Shown piece after piece: positions 20,700-30,357 of a stretch of DNA of 64,000 bases. The position numbers and the translations under genes were made by a program. Below the pieces are notes generated by a model. It made no database searches and was not told where the DNA came from. It worked only from the letters and a program-made list of their open reading frames with translations. Position 1 is the first letter of the stretch; every line of letters begins with the position of its first letter. This DNA is from Nanobdellota archaeon. GTDB lineage: Archaea > Nanobdellota > Nanobdellia > Woesearchaeales > UBA583. Where the stretch lies: contig JAIUMM010000002.1 in NCBI GenBank assembly GCA_022565615.1, positions 884 to 64,883 of the forward strand, in the 5' to 3' direction.

Positions 20700-21344
20700 T
20701 TATGGCGCTATTCCAAAATCTGTAGTTAAATCAACTTCTCGTGAACAAATTACAATATATTTAGTGTTAGATCTAAATTGATTTGAAGGAATAGGAATTA
20801 TTGCACTTCCTAAATTTAGATATGCACTTGAAATTCTAGTATCAGTAGTAGTTCCAAATTCTTGACAAAGTCCAATTTTATCTTTTAATGTATTCATATA
20901 TAATTGTAAATTTGAATTTTCTCTAAAATTTCTTCTAAGGGACGAAATAACTTCATTTTGAACCAGTCTATAGTAATTATCTTTATTAGAACAGTGTTTT
21001 TCAACAAAAAAAACTTCTTCTATTGAAGAGGGGAATATTTGGTTACAAACACTTTGAAATGAAGCTTTGTTTAAATCAGTAATTTGAAAATTTTGACCTA
21101 ATTCATTAATATGAGTTGAAGTTTTAAATAGCTCTTCATCACTCATTAAAAGATTAATTTCATTATTATTATTTCCTGTAGGATATGTTTGTGCAAATAT
21201 GAAAAGTAATACTATTAAAAGTCCAACAAGTATAATTGAAAATATATCAATAGGTGTTAATAATTCTCCTTTTTTAGAATTTAAATTATTTATTTGAAAA
21301 TATTTGTTTATTTTTTTAAAAATTATAGTAATATTAGATTTCAT
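20700..21344 (-). CDS. membrane-anchored protein, unknown function
   Basis: 214 aa. The N-terminal KKGELLTPIDIFSIILVGLLIVLLFIF is pilin-like (K-G followed by a hydrophobic helix). There is a 10-nt gap to the next gene. Confidence 0.5.
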   Translation of the reverse strand: MKSNITIIFKKINKYFQINNLNSKKGELLTPIDIFSIILVGLLIVLLFIFAQTYPTGNNNNEINLLMSDEELFKTSTHINELGQNFQITDLNKASFQSVCNQIFPSSIEEVFFVEKHCSNKDNYYRLVQNEVISSLRRNFRENSNLQLYMNTLKDKIGLCQEFGTTTDTRISSAYLNLGSAIIPIPSNQFRSNTKYIVICSREVDLTTDFGIAP

Positions 21345-21365
21345 TTTTATAATTTTGAGTATTTA

Positions 21366-23153
21366 TTAATATGCAACAAATCCATTAACTTTTTTATAAA
21401 TATTGTATGCTTTCCAGACTTCTTCAATTATTGCATTTTCACTTTTTTTAAAGGTTTTATTATATATTCCAAGAGTTTTTTTATCAATTACAATAGTATT
21501 TGGGTCTGAACTTCCTCCTTCACTTGCTACAATATCTCCAATAATTGGAATCCATCCAAATAATTTTTCTGCTTGTGTTTTTTCTTTTTTTCCTTCTTTT
21601 GCAGAAGTAGATGAATTTTTATGTTTATTACTTCCATAATTTGAAAAATTAATTCCAAATTCTTCAATAGGATCTCCATCTTGATAATTTAAATAGAGTA
21701 GCAATTCATCTTTAATGGCTCCAAGTTCTTGAATAAATCCTTCAAGTATTTGAATATCTTGTGATCTTATTTTTTGTCTATATATTGCAATTTCAACAAA
21801 ATTCCATACATGACCGTAATGATTTACTTCATTAATCATAAATGGAACTTGTTGCATACCTTGAGGAGTTTGAATAATTTCAGTTCTTCTCTCTTGCTGA
21901 AATAATAATTCAGGAGTTGCAAATGGTTTAAAATATTCATAAGCTATTTTTTTAGTTGGTAGTTTATTAAAATCAAACCTTGATAATAATTCTAAATCTT
22001 CACGTGATCCTCTAAATTCTTTAACTTCATAAAATTTAATATTTTCTTTATCTTTTTCATCAGTAACACATCCAATTACTACGTAATTAGGATCACTTGG
22101 AGAGTTTTTCCCTAGAAGAGCACCTTTTGGGATATAAAGACCATATTTTGTAGGCTCTAAATCAATGAGTTTAAATTGATTAACTAATTGTTGTGGTCCA
22201 ATTACTCTAAACGTTGTAAGAGAAGTATCAAATAATTTAACCATATTAGGATTTTCATCTCCAAATCCTGAATAAAAATTTCCATGGTGCATACCCTCGC
22301 TTTTTTTCATTATTTCTAAAAGTAAAGGTCTCATAAACTGCATATGCATTTCAATTTGTGCGTAAAATTGTCTAAGGGATGCAAGTTTAATATTAAATGT
22401 AGATTGTGTATCTTTAATTGCAGTTGGAAGCCAAGTGTAAAATCTATATTGAAATCGTGCTACTTGAGTTTTTGCATCATGTGTAATATCAACTTTATAT
22501 GTACTCTCATCAAGTTGCTCTTTAAGAGTCTTTTTTCTCTCAAATGGATCATCTAAATATGTTGCAAAAAAAAGTTGAGGTAGAAGTGTCATATCAAGTC
22601 CTTGTTCTTGAGAGGATCTAGAAATTTGCCATAGTTTTCCTCCATCAACTTCACTCACCCACTTATCTTTTAAGTGATTAATTGCTTCATTTCTTTCATT
22701 TCTATATTTTTTAATTAATTCAAGATTTTGCTGAGTTTTAGATTTTTCAAGTTCTTCAAACATGAGTTGATCATTTTCTAAAATTCTATCAAACCAAATT
22801 TTATACATATGGGCTTGTTTAACTTCTTTTAAAAGGGGCATTAAATGAACTTTAATGAGTTGAATAATTTGATTTAAATTCTCTTGAAAAGCTCTAATTC
22901 CTCCTCCTTTTATTTGTCTCATATTAGCTCCAAATTGAGAAGCTTCACTAAAATGATGAACATCTTCAATTTTAATAAATTTAAAACCTTTGTTTGTATA
23001 ATTTCTAAATTCAGTAAGCCAAAAATATGTAGGAGTTATTTCTTTATTAATTCCTCCAAATTGTAGTTGTAAATAAAATACTCTTCTACTTTGTGGTACT
23101 GGTATTTTTTGAGTCAAATTACTTCCAAAACTGTGTCCAATACTTGTTCTCAT
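21366..23153 (-). CDS. large soluble protein, unknown function
   Basis: 595-aa ORF with no TM, no P-loop and no motif I recognise. First gene of the 23153-19481 unit. Confidence 0.6.
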   Translation of the reverse strand: MRTSIGHSFGSNLTQKIPVPQSRRVFYLQLQFGGINKEITPTYFWLTEFRNYTNKGFKFIKIEDVHHFSEASQFGANMRQIKGGGIRAFQENLNQIIQLIKVHLMPLLKEVKQAHMYKIWFDRILENDQLMFEELEKSKTQQNLELIKKYRNERNEAINHLKDKWVSEVDGGKLWQISRSSQEQGLDMTLLPQLFFATYLDDPFERKKTLKEQLDESTYKVDITHDAKTQVARFQYRFYTWLPTAIKDTQSTFNIKLASLRQFYAQIEMHMQFMRPLLLEIMKKSEGMHHGNFYSGFGDENPNMVKLFDTSLTTFRVIGPQQLVNQFKLIDLEPTKYGLYIPKGALLGKNSPSDPNYVVIGCVTDEKDKENIKFYEVKEFRGSREDLELLSRFDFNKLPTKKIAYEYFKPFATPELLFQQERRTEIIQTPQGMQQVPFMINEVNHYGHVWNFVEIAIYRQKIRSQDIQILEGFIQELGAIKDELLLYLNYQDGDPIEEFGINFSNYGSNKHKNSSTSAKEGKKEKTQAEKLFGWIPIIGDIVASEGGSSDPNTIVIDKKTLGIYNKTFKKSENAIIEEVWKAYNIYKKVNGFVAY

Positions 23154-23270
23154 ACTAAATTTTAAGTTTTAGATTTTATGAATTTTTGTTACTTTTTATA
23201 AAGAATACTAGGAGTATACATTAATAATTTTTTTATTATTTAATGAAGATATTAATAATTTATATAAAGC

Positions 23271-23280
23271 TTTTTAAATA
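23271..23280 (+). promoter_or_regulatory. TATA-like box upstream of uL30 gene
   Basis: TTTTTAAATA ends 20 nt upstream of the ATG at 23300. Confidence 0.4.
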
Positions 23281-23299
23281 GTATTTAATTCCTTTATGT

Positions 23300-23764
23300 A
23301 TGGCAAAAATAGCTATAGTTCAGATTAGGGGTACTGTTAGAACCCACCCAGATGTGAGAAAAACCCTTGAGCTTCTACGTTTAAAACAAAAACACGCTTG
23401 TGTTGTTGTTGATGATAATGAAGTTTCAAGAGGAATGATTAAAAAAATTAAAGATTATGTTACATATGGTAATATTTCAGAAGATTTGTATGTTCAAATG
23501 CTTGAAACAAGAGGAGAGTGTGTTGGAAAACAAACTTTAAAAGAAGCTAAATTAGATGCTAAAAAAATTGCAAAGGAGTATTATGGTGGAGAAGTTAAAC
23601 TAAGAGATTTTGAACCAAAATATACACTAAAACCATTTTTCAGGTTACATCCTCCAAAAGGTGGATTTGAAAGAGGAGGAATTAAAAAAACATTCATTCA
23701 AGGAGGAGTTCTTGGAGAGAGAAGTGATGAATCAATTGCAACATTGATTCAAAAAATGTTATAA
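23300..23764 (+). CDS. rpl30p: 50S ribosomal protein uL30 (L30P/L7e type)
   Basis: 154 aa. The N-terminus MAKIAIVQIRGTVRTHPDVRKTLELLRLKQKHACVVV is the archaeal/eukaryotic L30/L7 signature. Confidence 0.9.
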   Translation: MAKIAIVQIRGTVRTHPDVRKTLELLRLKQKHACVVVDDNEVSRGMIKKIKDYVTYGNISEDLYVQMLETRGECVGKQTLKEAKLDAKKIAKEYYGGEVKLRDFEPKYTLKPFFRLHPPKGGFERGGIKKTFIQGGVLGERSDESIATLIQKML

Positions 23765-23791
23765 TTTTTCAAATTATATTTTTCAAAATAA

Positions 23792-23803
23792 TTTTTTTTT
23801 TTT
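23792..23803 (+). terminator. oligo-T tract between convergent genes
   Basis: A T12 run lies 28 nt after the uL30 stop. Archaeal termination commonly uses oligo-T. Confidence 0.4.
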
Positions 23804-23815
23804 AAAATATAAATC

Positions 23816-24190
23816 TTAATTATTATTAGAAATATATACAGGTTCTTCTTCAAAAAATATTGTATTTAATCTATGAGCATTTTGATTTGCAATATAGCAA
23901 ATATGTTCTTCTTGTTCAACACCATACATTTCAAGAGCAGAAGGTTGAAATACTAAGAGAGTTGTTCCATATCCATTTAGTTCATCAAGTGCATCTCTAA
24001 ATGCATACCATGGAGTTGAATGCTCTTCAAATGTTTCTATACATGCTTCAAGTCCTCTTCTTACTTGTTCTTCAAGAAAATTTTGATTAAGTTCAATATT
24101 GGAAGAAGAAGAAGAGTTAGATATTGAAGGACATAATAAAAAAGGTACAGTTATCATACTAAAAAATACTTTATTTGTTTTTGAACTCAT
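23816..24190 (-). CDS. small secreted protein, unknown function
   Basis: 124 aa with an N-terminal hydrophobic segment. Confidence 0.45.
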   Translation of the reverse strand: MSSKTNKVFFSMITVPFLLCPSISNSSSSSNIELNQNFLEEQVRRGLEACIETFEEHSTPWYAFRDALDELNGYGTTLLVFQPSALEMYGVEQEEHICYIANQNAHRLNTIFFEEEPVYISNNN

Positions 24191-24227
24191 TTTAAGTTAG
24201 ATTTGTAGGAGAATTCTATTTATAAAT

Positions 24228-24614
24228 TTAAGGAAAATTTTGTCTTTTTCCTTCTTCAACAATTCTTTCAATACACACTCCATATTGAAAATCATCCAAA
24301 TCTTGAATTTGACTAGGATTAAAATTTTCCAAATTTGTAGAAAAATCATACACACATTCTTTAATTGGTGCTTCTATAACACCTTGTTGAGTGTAATTAT
24401 CAATAGGTTGACTTCTTCTTAAAGGTTGAAGTTCGCCATTAGGAATAAATCTTACATATCCACCAAAATCATCTAAAGAACGTGCTGTTTGAATAATATC
24501 TACATTTCTTCCTATTGGATCATTTTTAATCAAATATGAACTAACACCAATACCTCCAGCAACTAATGCAATAGGAATTCCTAACTTACTTATTAAATTT
24601 GATTTTTGTTTCAT
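24228..24614 (-). CDS. small membrane-anchored protein, unknown function
   Basis: 128 aa with an N-terminal TM (LGIPIALVAGGIGVSSYLI). Confidence 0.45.
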   Translation of the reverse strand: MKQKSNLISKLGIPIALVAGGIGVSSYLIKNDPIGRNVDIIQTARSLDDFGGYVRFIPNGELQPLRRSQPIDNYTQQGVIEAPIKECVYDFSTNLENFNPSQIQDLDDFQYGVCIERIVEEGKRQNFP

Positions 24615-24665
24615 TGTTACTACTAAGAGTTACATAAATATAAATGTTTCTATTTTGTTCAAAAT

Positions 24666-25475
24666 TTATGCTTTTTTTCTAAACCATGGAATAAATGGAC
24701 TAACTTCTTTTTTATACTGCTCAAATTCTTCATTTCCTTTAAATCCTCTCTCAGCTGTTGGAATTCCTGAGACAAATAAAAGTAAAAATGTAATCATTGC
24801 CCAAGATATAAATCCTAAATATGTAATTGGAATTATCAATATTGCAACTCCTAACCAAAATAAACTTTCTCCAAAATAATTAGGATGTCTAGAATAATTC
24901 CAAAGTCCAATATCACAAATTGATTTCATATGTGAATCTTTTTTCTTAATAAAATCTTTGAGTTGTAAATCTGCAAAATGTTCAATTACAAGTCCAATGA
25001 ACATAATAATACCTCCAACTGTAAACATAAGTTGATTAAATTCATTAATCTGATTTAAATAATACATAAACACTAAAATTGGTGAAACTAATATAAGACT
25101 TAATATGAATTGAAGAACATATATTTGTAAAAATCTTCTTAAATTAAATAAAAATTTATTTTGATTCCAACTCTTTTTCATTTCAGTATATCTTTTATCT
25201 TCTTTAAAATGAGTGTTTTGATGTTTTGAAAATATAGTTAAAAATAATCTAATTCCCCATAAATAGACTAAAATAGTAAGCACAGTGTGGATTAATGTTT
25301 GTTGAGAAAATACATAAAAAATACTTACAAACACAATTGGACTAAATCCCCAGATAATATCAACTTCTGAATCATTTGTATATGTAAGAATTGTATTCTT
25401 AAAAAATGAAACAAAATATAAACTTGCTAAAATTCCTAAGGGGATGAATAAAATTTGAAAAAATATTGAATCCAT
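24666..25475 (-). CDS. DUF1295 / steroid-5-alpha-reductase-like membrane protein
   Basis: 269 aa, polytopic. The C-terminal signature GLWNYSRHPNYFGESLFWLG is typical of the DUF1295/ICMT-like fold. Confidence 0.7.
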   Translation of the reverse strand: MDSIFFQILFIPLGILASLYFVSFFKNTILTYTNDSEVDIIWGFSPIVFVSIFYVFSQQTLIHTVLTILVYLWGIRLFLTIFSKHQNTHFKEDKRYTEMKKSWNQNKFLFNLRRFLQIYVLQFILSLILVSPILVFMYYLNQINEFNQLMFTVGGIIMFIGLVIEHFADLQLKDFIKKKDSHMKSICDIGLWNYSRHPNYFGESLFWLGVAILIIPITYLGFISWAMITFLLLFVSGIPTAERGFKGNEEFEQYKKEVSPFIPWFRKKA

Positions 25476-25495
25476 TTTATATATTATAATATTAA

Positions 25496-25927
25496 TTAAA
25501 ATAATCCTCCTCTTAATTCAATTGAACTTTTAATTAGAAAACCAGTTAAACTCACCATTGAGCAAATAAATGTCCCCCACAAGATATCAATTATTACAAA
25601 TCTTTTAGAATATTTCATAAAAAATGTATAATTTGTTAAATCATAGCAAGCATAGAGAATAAAACCAAAAAATGCCCCAATTCCAATTGCCTGAATTACT
25701 GATTCAACTTGAAGTGATACAAAATAAACACAACCAAGACTAATAATTATCCACGCTAAAATTCCAATTCCAAGTCTCATTTGAGTTTGGCCATCTTTGA
25801 TTTCAATGTAAGGTTTAAATTCCTCCATAATAGTTTTTCTCATAACTTTTCCAAGCCATAAAAAATCTCCAATTAATAATGTTAAAAATCCTCCTAACCA
25901 CATTAAGAGAAACATTAAGATGTCCAT
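25496..25927 (-). CDS. DUF2177-like membrane protein
   Basis: 143 aa with 4 TM. The N-terminal GDFLWLG motif supports the call; family assignment is from memory. Confidence 0.45.
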   Translation of the reverse strand: MDILMFLLMWLGGFLTLLIGDFLWLGKVMRKTIMEEFKPYIEIKDGQTQMRLGIGILAWIIISLGCVYFVSLQVESVIQAIGIGAFFGFILYACYDLTNYTFFMKYSKRFVIIDILWGTFICSMVSLTGFLIKSSIELRGGLF

Positions 25928-26019
25928 ATATTAATTAGAGCATTAAGTATTTATATATATTTTTATTAATTGTAAAATATTCATTAATAATTTACATATT
26001 TTTGAGATAATTTTAAAAA

Positions 26020-26826
26020 TTATATATAAAACTCAAATATTGTATTATGTAAACTATTAAATTTTATACATTTAATTTTATTGTTATTATTAATATCTAA
26101 TTTATTGGAAGTGTTTTTTAACGCACAATAATGAAGAAGAAGCTCTTTACATACTAAACTTGCAGTGATTAAAGTAGTAGTATTTAAAACTCCACTTGAA
26201 CAATTAGCAGTTTGCGTATGATTTATTGTGATAAGTTTTTTATAAGAATTTAATTTTGAATCATTTAACTCATTTTCATTATTTAGAGTTTTATATATAG
26301 AATAATTAAATATTGCACAAATAGATTCAAACCCTTCTCCTCCTGAGTATACCCAATCTATACAATTATCTAAGCAATAAGAATTAATTAAATCTCGAGT
26401 TTGCAAATTATCGGTACAATCAATTATAACAACATCTTTTGTTACTTTTTTAAGTAATAAAAGTTCTTTATAATTTTCATTATTTAGATATGTAGTGTGA
26501 ATTTGAATATTTAATTTTGAGTTTATTTTCAACAAATTTTCTTGTGTTGAGAGTGTTTTAAACGTATCAATTTGTCCAGAAGTATATTTTTGTCTTCCTA
26601 GATTATGAATTTCAATAATATCACCATCAATTAATGTGAAATTTATACATCCACTTCTTACTAATAATTCTACACAATTTGAACCAACTCCTCCAAGACC
26701 TATTATAACGAAATGTTTTTTCTTAAATGTTGTTAACATTGAACTAATTGAAGTAATTTTATTATTATTATTATTATTTGAGAGCTTTAAGAGAAGTTTA
26801 TCTTGTCTAAGTTCAATAGTATCCAT
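26020..26826 (-). CDS. ThiF/MoeB/HesA-family E1-like adenylyltransferase
   Basis: 268 aa. Rossmann/adenylation motif: VIIGLGGVGSNCVELLVRSGCINFTLIDGDIIEIHNLGRQ. Confidence 0.75.
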   Translation of the reverse strand: MDTIELRQDKLLLKLSNNNNNNKITSISSMLTTFKKKHFVIIGLGGVGSNCVELLVRSGCINFTLIDGDIIEIHNLGRQKYTSGQIDTFKTLSTQENLLKINSKLNIQIHTTYLNNENYKELLLLKKVTKDVVIIDCTDNLQTRDLINSYCLDNCIDWVYSGGEGFESICAIFNYSIYKTLNNENELNDSKLNSYKKLITINHTQTANCSSGVLNTTTLITASLVCKELLLHYCALKNTSNKLDINNNNKIKCIKFNSLHNTIFEFYI

Positions 26827-26946
26827 TTTTAGTTATTATTTTTATTTTCATGAAAATAATTTTTAAATAATTTAAATTAGAATCATGTATATTCTATCTT
26901 AATAAAGTTACTAAATTTTATAAATGTACTCACATATTTTAAATTA

Positions 26947-27486
26947 ATGACAAATATTAGTCTAAATGAAACAATGAGTGATGTAACTACTACATCTTTT
27001 AATTCAACTATTGAAACTATGTCCTCAAATATGAGTTCAGTTCCAACTTTTATATTTTTAGAAGTACCATTTACAACAGGTCCATTGCTAGATATATTCA
27101 TTATTTCTTTAATTGCAGCATTATTTACAACTCTTTTAAACAAGTATTTAACTGATCAAGTAACTATTAAAGCACTTAGAGTTGAGATGAAAAAAAAGCA
27201 AAAGGAAATGAGAGAGATGCTTAAAAAAAATCCTCAAAAAGCACAAGCAATGCAGAGTGACTTAATGAAAAAAAATATGGAAATATTTAAACATTCATTT
27301 AATATTAAGATTTTAGTAATTACATTAATTCCTTTATTATATATTTTCACTCAAATAAGAGCTGGATATATTCATTACGATGTAATATTAAATTTAGGAT
27401 TTGTAAGTTTTGGATGGCTTGGAAGTTATATTATACTTACAATTATATGTTCAATAGCATTGAAGAAAATTTTAAATGTAGCTTAA
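26947..27486 (+). CDS. DUF106 (EMC3/TMCO1/YidC-like) membrane protein
   Basis: 179 aa. A TM is followed by a basic coiled segment (KALRVEMKKKQKEMREMLKKNPQKAQAMQSDLMKKNMEIFKHSF) and two more TMs, the archaeal DUF106 layout. The true start may be an internal Met. Confidence 0.65.
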   Translation: MTNISLNETMSDVTTTSFNSTIETMSSNMSSVPTFIFLEVPFTTGPLLDIFIISLIAALFTTLLNKYLTDQVTIKALRVEMKKKQKEMREMLKKNPQKAQAMQSDLMKKNMEIFKHSFNIKILVITLIPLLYIFTQIRAGYIHYDVILNLGFVSFGWLGSYIILTIICSIALKKILNVA

Positions 27487-27561
27487 AATATTATTAAATA
27501 AAGATTAATTTTTTATTTGGTTTTAAATATCTACAATTAAATTTTTCATTTTATTTTAACT

Positions 27562-28722
27562 TCACTTTATTTGAATTGAATAATTGGGAAGTAGTAATTG
27601 AGAATGTTTATATGTTTTACTCATTATTCTTTTAGCAGCGATTTCAAGTGCTTCATCAATACTAACTTTATAAGATAAATCTGCTAATCTTGAATCTTTA
27701 AATTTCATTCTAACTAAATTGATTAATCCACACAAACCTAGTAAATTTGTATTATTACACTTTAAAACATTAGCATTTGGACTAAATAGAGATTCATTCA
27801 CTTCAAATTCCGGAAATAGTACAGAGAATATTTTAATTCCTAAGTTATCTCTTTCGTCCTTTTCTTCATTAGTATATCTGTATAACCATTTTTGAATATG
27901 TCTTCTTCTATTTTCATCTACATTATTTAATAATTCAACCATTTTGTCAATAGAAGGATTTGAATAATGTGGAATATTGTTTAATTGAGTTCCTATTTGA
28001 ATTCCTATAGGACTTAATCCATTACTTTTTTGTTGCACTCTATACATAGTGTCATTTGTATCTTCAAAAAGTCTTGAACTTCTAACATAATGTCCAATAT
28101 TTGAATTTATTGAATCAAATAAGGAAGCTGTAAGAATTTCACTATCTTTGATAAATTTTAAATGATGTGTAAGTCCAGTTATTGTCTCTTCTACAGTTTT
28201 AGACAATTCATTAAAGTATATAGAATTAATATTTGAATCTGAACTCTTCTTATTACATTCTCTAAATAATTCTGGGTCGAAATCATCTTCTTGATAGAGT
28301 AAAATTAGCTCTTCAAGTCTAGTTTTGTCATTAAGTGTTTCTTTAATTTTGTTAAATACAGTTAATAGAACAATATTTGGAATTTTTTTCATACTCGAAA
28401 CTATTGTTGAATATCCACTCTTTGAAGTTGATTTTTCAATTTCAACTCTACTTAGTTCTTCATCTTTAAAAAAATGAGGGTTTTCTTGAATATATTTAAT
28501 TATTGGATTTTTAGAGTTTGTAGGAAAAATATGCTCAAGATAGTTATGAAATGAAGTTGGAATAATCTCTCCTGAATTAATTGAGGCTGTTGAGTTTCTA
28601 ATTCTTTTTCCTTCTTGTGTTGAATGAATCTCATCAACTAGGAATAATTCTGCAACTAATTCTTCAACAGATTCTGTGAAAAATATAGAATCATTTAGGA
28701 GTCTTTATTCTAGTGTTAACAT
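27562..28722 (-). pseudogene. hypothetical protein gene with in-frame TAA at codon 6
   Basis: The ORF track reports 27562-28392. The same frame stays open for a further 104 codons upstream to a TAA at 28705-28707, with no ATG, GTG or TTG in between. That TAA is preceded in frame by ATG TTA ACA CTA GAA (ATG at 28722-28720) and a TATA-like box. Confidence 0.6.
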
Positions 28723-28780
28723 TACTTTTATTATATAAATTTTAGACTTTATTAATTTTATTATATTTAGACTTACTAAA

Positions 28781-29206
28781 TTATTTTAAATCAGAATTAT
28801 TATTAGCAGCTTTTGGAGGTTCATATCTATATTCTCCTCTTTCAAGTAATGTGATACTAATTCTGAGTTGATCTAAAATTCTATTCATCTCTTGAGAAAT
28901 CTCATTATTTTTAGGCTGTAATTTCATAATTTCACTTTTTGGGACTGAAACAAAAGGATTTTTTAATAATTCAGTAGAAGTTGTTACACATAAATTTTGA
29001 AACTGAGTTTGAACTCCTTTAATTTCACTAAATGGAACGGGAGTTCTTTGCTTTAAAGTCATTAATTCATCATACATAAAACTAATAGTATTTTCTAAAT
29101 TATGAAGTATTTGAAGAGTTGTTCTATCAGCACTATGCATATTTGAACTCCCATTTGAAAAGATATTGAATAATCCCATTTTTCTAGTCCTCCTCCACTC
29201 TTCCAA
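28781..29206 (-). CDS. hypothetical protein
   Basis: 141-aa ORF whose start overlaps the upstream gene by 23 nt. Confidence 0.45.
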   Translation of the reverse strand: MEEWRRTRKMGLFNIFSNGSSNMHSADRTTLQILHNLENTISFMYDELMTLKQRTPVPFSEIKGVQTQFQNLCVTTSTELLKNPFVSVPKSEIMKLQPKNNEISQEMNRILDQLRISITLLERGEYRYEPPKAANNNSDLK

Positions 29207-29870
29207 TTAAATCAGCAGTTCCAGCTCCAATTACTGCTAAAATTATATTTGCAGCAACTAAATTATAAAGAGCAAAAAATGAATAATCATAAATTTGACC
29301 AAATAAAAAATTTACAAATAAAATAGTAAATATTGATACTCCATATAAAATTGTAGCTCTTAGAGGTATAAAATTAAGAACAAATTTATTTCTAATTTGT
29401 TTAAATCCTGTAAAATAGAGCATAGTGATAATAATAATTCCTGCAACAATAAATAGTGCAGTTGCTCTTGTAAATGTTAAATCTTCTGAAATACTTACAG
29501 CTTTTAAGAATGCAAAATGACTCATAACACCAATAAATGCTCCAATAAATCCTTTGAAAAAATCTTTTTTAGTAATTTTTCTCATACTTTTTTTAGATTC
29601 ATTTTGAAGTTTTTGTTGAAGTGCAAGTAAACTCTCCAAACTTCCTTCTTCTTTGGAATGATAATTTTGTTCATTACTCATCTCTTCTTCTTCAAGTCTT
29701 TTGATTTCTTCTTCTTTTTCTAAAATTTTCTCCTCTTCTCCTAAAATTTTAGCTTCGTTATCTAAAATTGTTTGTTGATTTTTTAAGATTAAATCTAATT
29801 TTTCATTTAAACTTAATTTAGGATTCAATTTATTATTTGAATTTAGTTTATTATTATTTGAAGAGCTCAT
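29184..29870 (-). CDS. membrane protein with N-terminal coiled-coil
   Basis: 228 aa. The charged coiled N-terminal half (EEKILEKEEEIKRLEEEE) is followed by about 4 TM segments. Confidence 0.5.
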   Translation of the reverse strand: MSSSNNNKLNSNNKLNPKLSLNEKLDLILKNQQTILDNEAKILGEEEKILEKEEEIKRLEEEEMSNEQNYHSKEEGSLESLLALQQKLQNESKKSMRKITKKDFFKGFIGAFIGVMSHFAFLKAVSISEDLTFTRATALFIVAGIIIITMLYFTGFKQIRNKFVLNFIPLRATILYGVSIFTILFVNFLFGQIYDYSFFALYNLVAANIILAVIGAGTADLIGRVEED

Positions 29871-29894
29871 TTTTAATTATTTAATGAATAAACA

Positions 29895-30263
29895 TTATTT
29901 TATTTTTTGAAGATATTCTAAATCAATTACAAATGTACCTTCTCCTACTTTATATACTAGAGGTTTATCTTTTTTAAGAAGTTGATTTACATCAATTTCA
30001 TATTTGCCAGGAGCAATAACTCGCACATTTTCAACTTTTAAAAATACAGGTTGTTCAGGTTCTCTAGTCCCTAAACTTTCTTCTATTTCAGCTAAAATTG
30101 CTTCTTTATTTTTTTGTGTAAGTTGAATTTCCTCTTCAATATCTTCTTTTTTAGTTGCTCTAATGTATAAAAATAATTTTTTACCACAAACTTGACATCC
30201 TTTGAGAATTACATTTGAAGTATCATCATATGTTGCTGAGCAATTAATACATTGGTGGGGCAT
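29895..30263 (-). CDS. Zn-ribbon protein (COG3364/DUF2072-like)
   Basis: 122 aa. The N-terminal MPHQCINCSATYDDTSNVILKGCQVCGKKLFLY carries a CxxC…CxxC ribbon, as in a conserved archaeal family. Confidence 0.6.
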   Translation of the reverse strand: MPHQCINCSATYDDTSNVILKGCQVCGKKLFLYIRATKKEDIEEEIQLTQKNKEAILAEIEESLGTREPEQPVFLKVENVRVIAPGKYEIDVNQLLKKDKPLVYKVGEGTFVIDLEYLQKIK

Positions 30264-30357
30264 TTTAATTATAAAATCAAATTATATATATTTAAATTAA
30301 TGTATTCTCTAATAAGTACAAATGTTTATATGTATTATATAATTTTACTTAGTTATA

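Noticed and set aside
26883-27143. 86-aa minus-strand ORF.
   Set aside because: It overlaps the 5' part of the DUF106 gene on the opposite strand and has no motif. It is most likely a shadow ORF.
28620-28680. LVDEIH in the upstream extension of the interrupted gene, considered as a DExH helicase motif II.
   Set aside because: There is no Walker A upstream and no other helicase motif downstream. An isolated 4-residue match is not meaningful.
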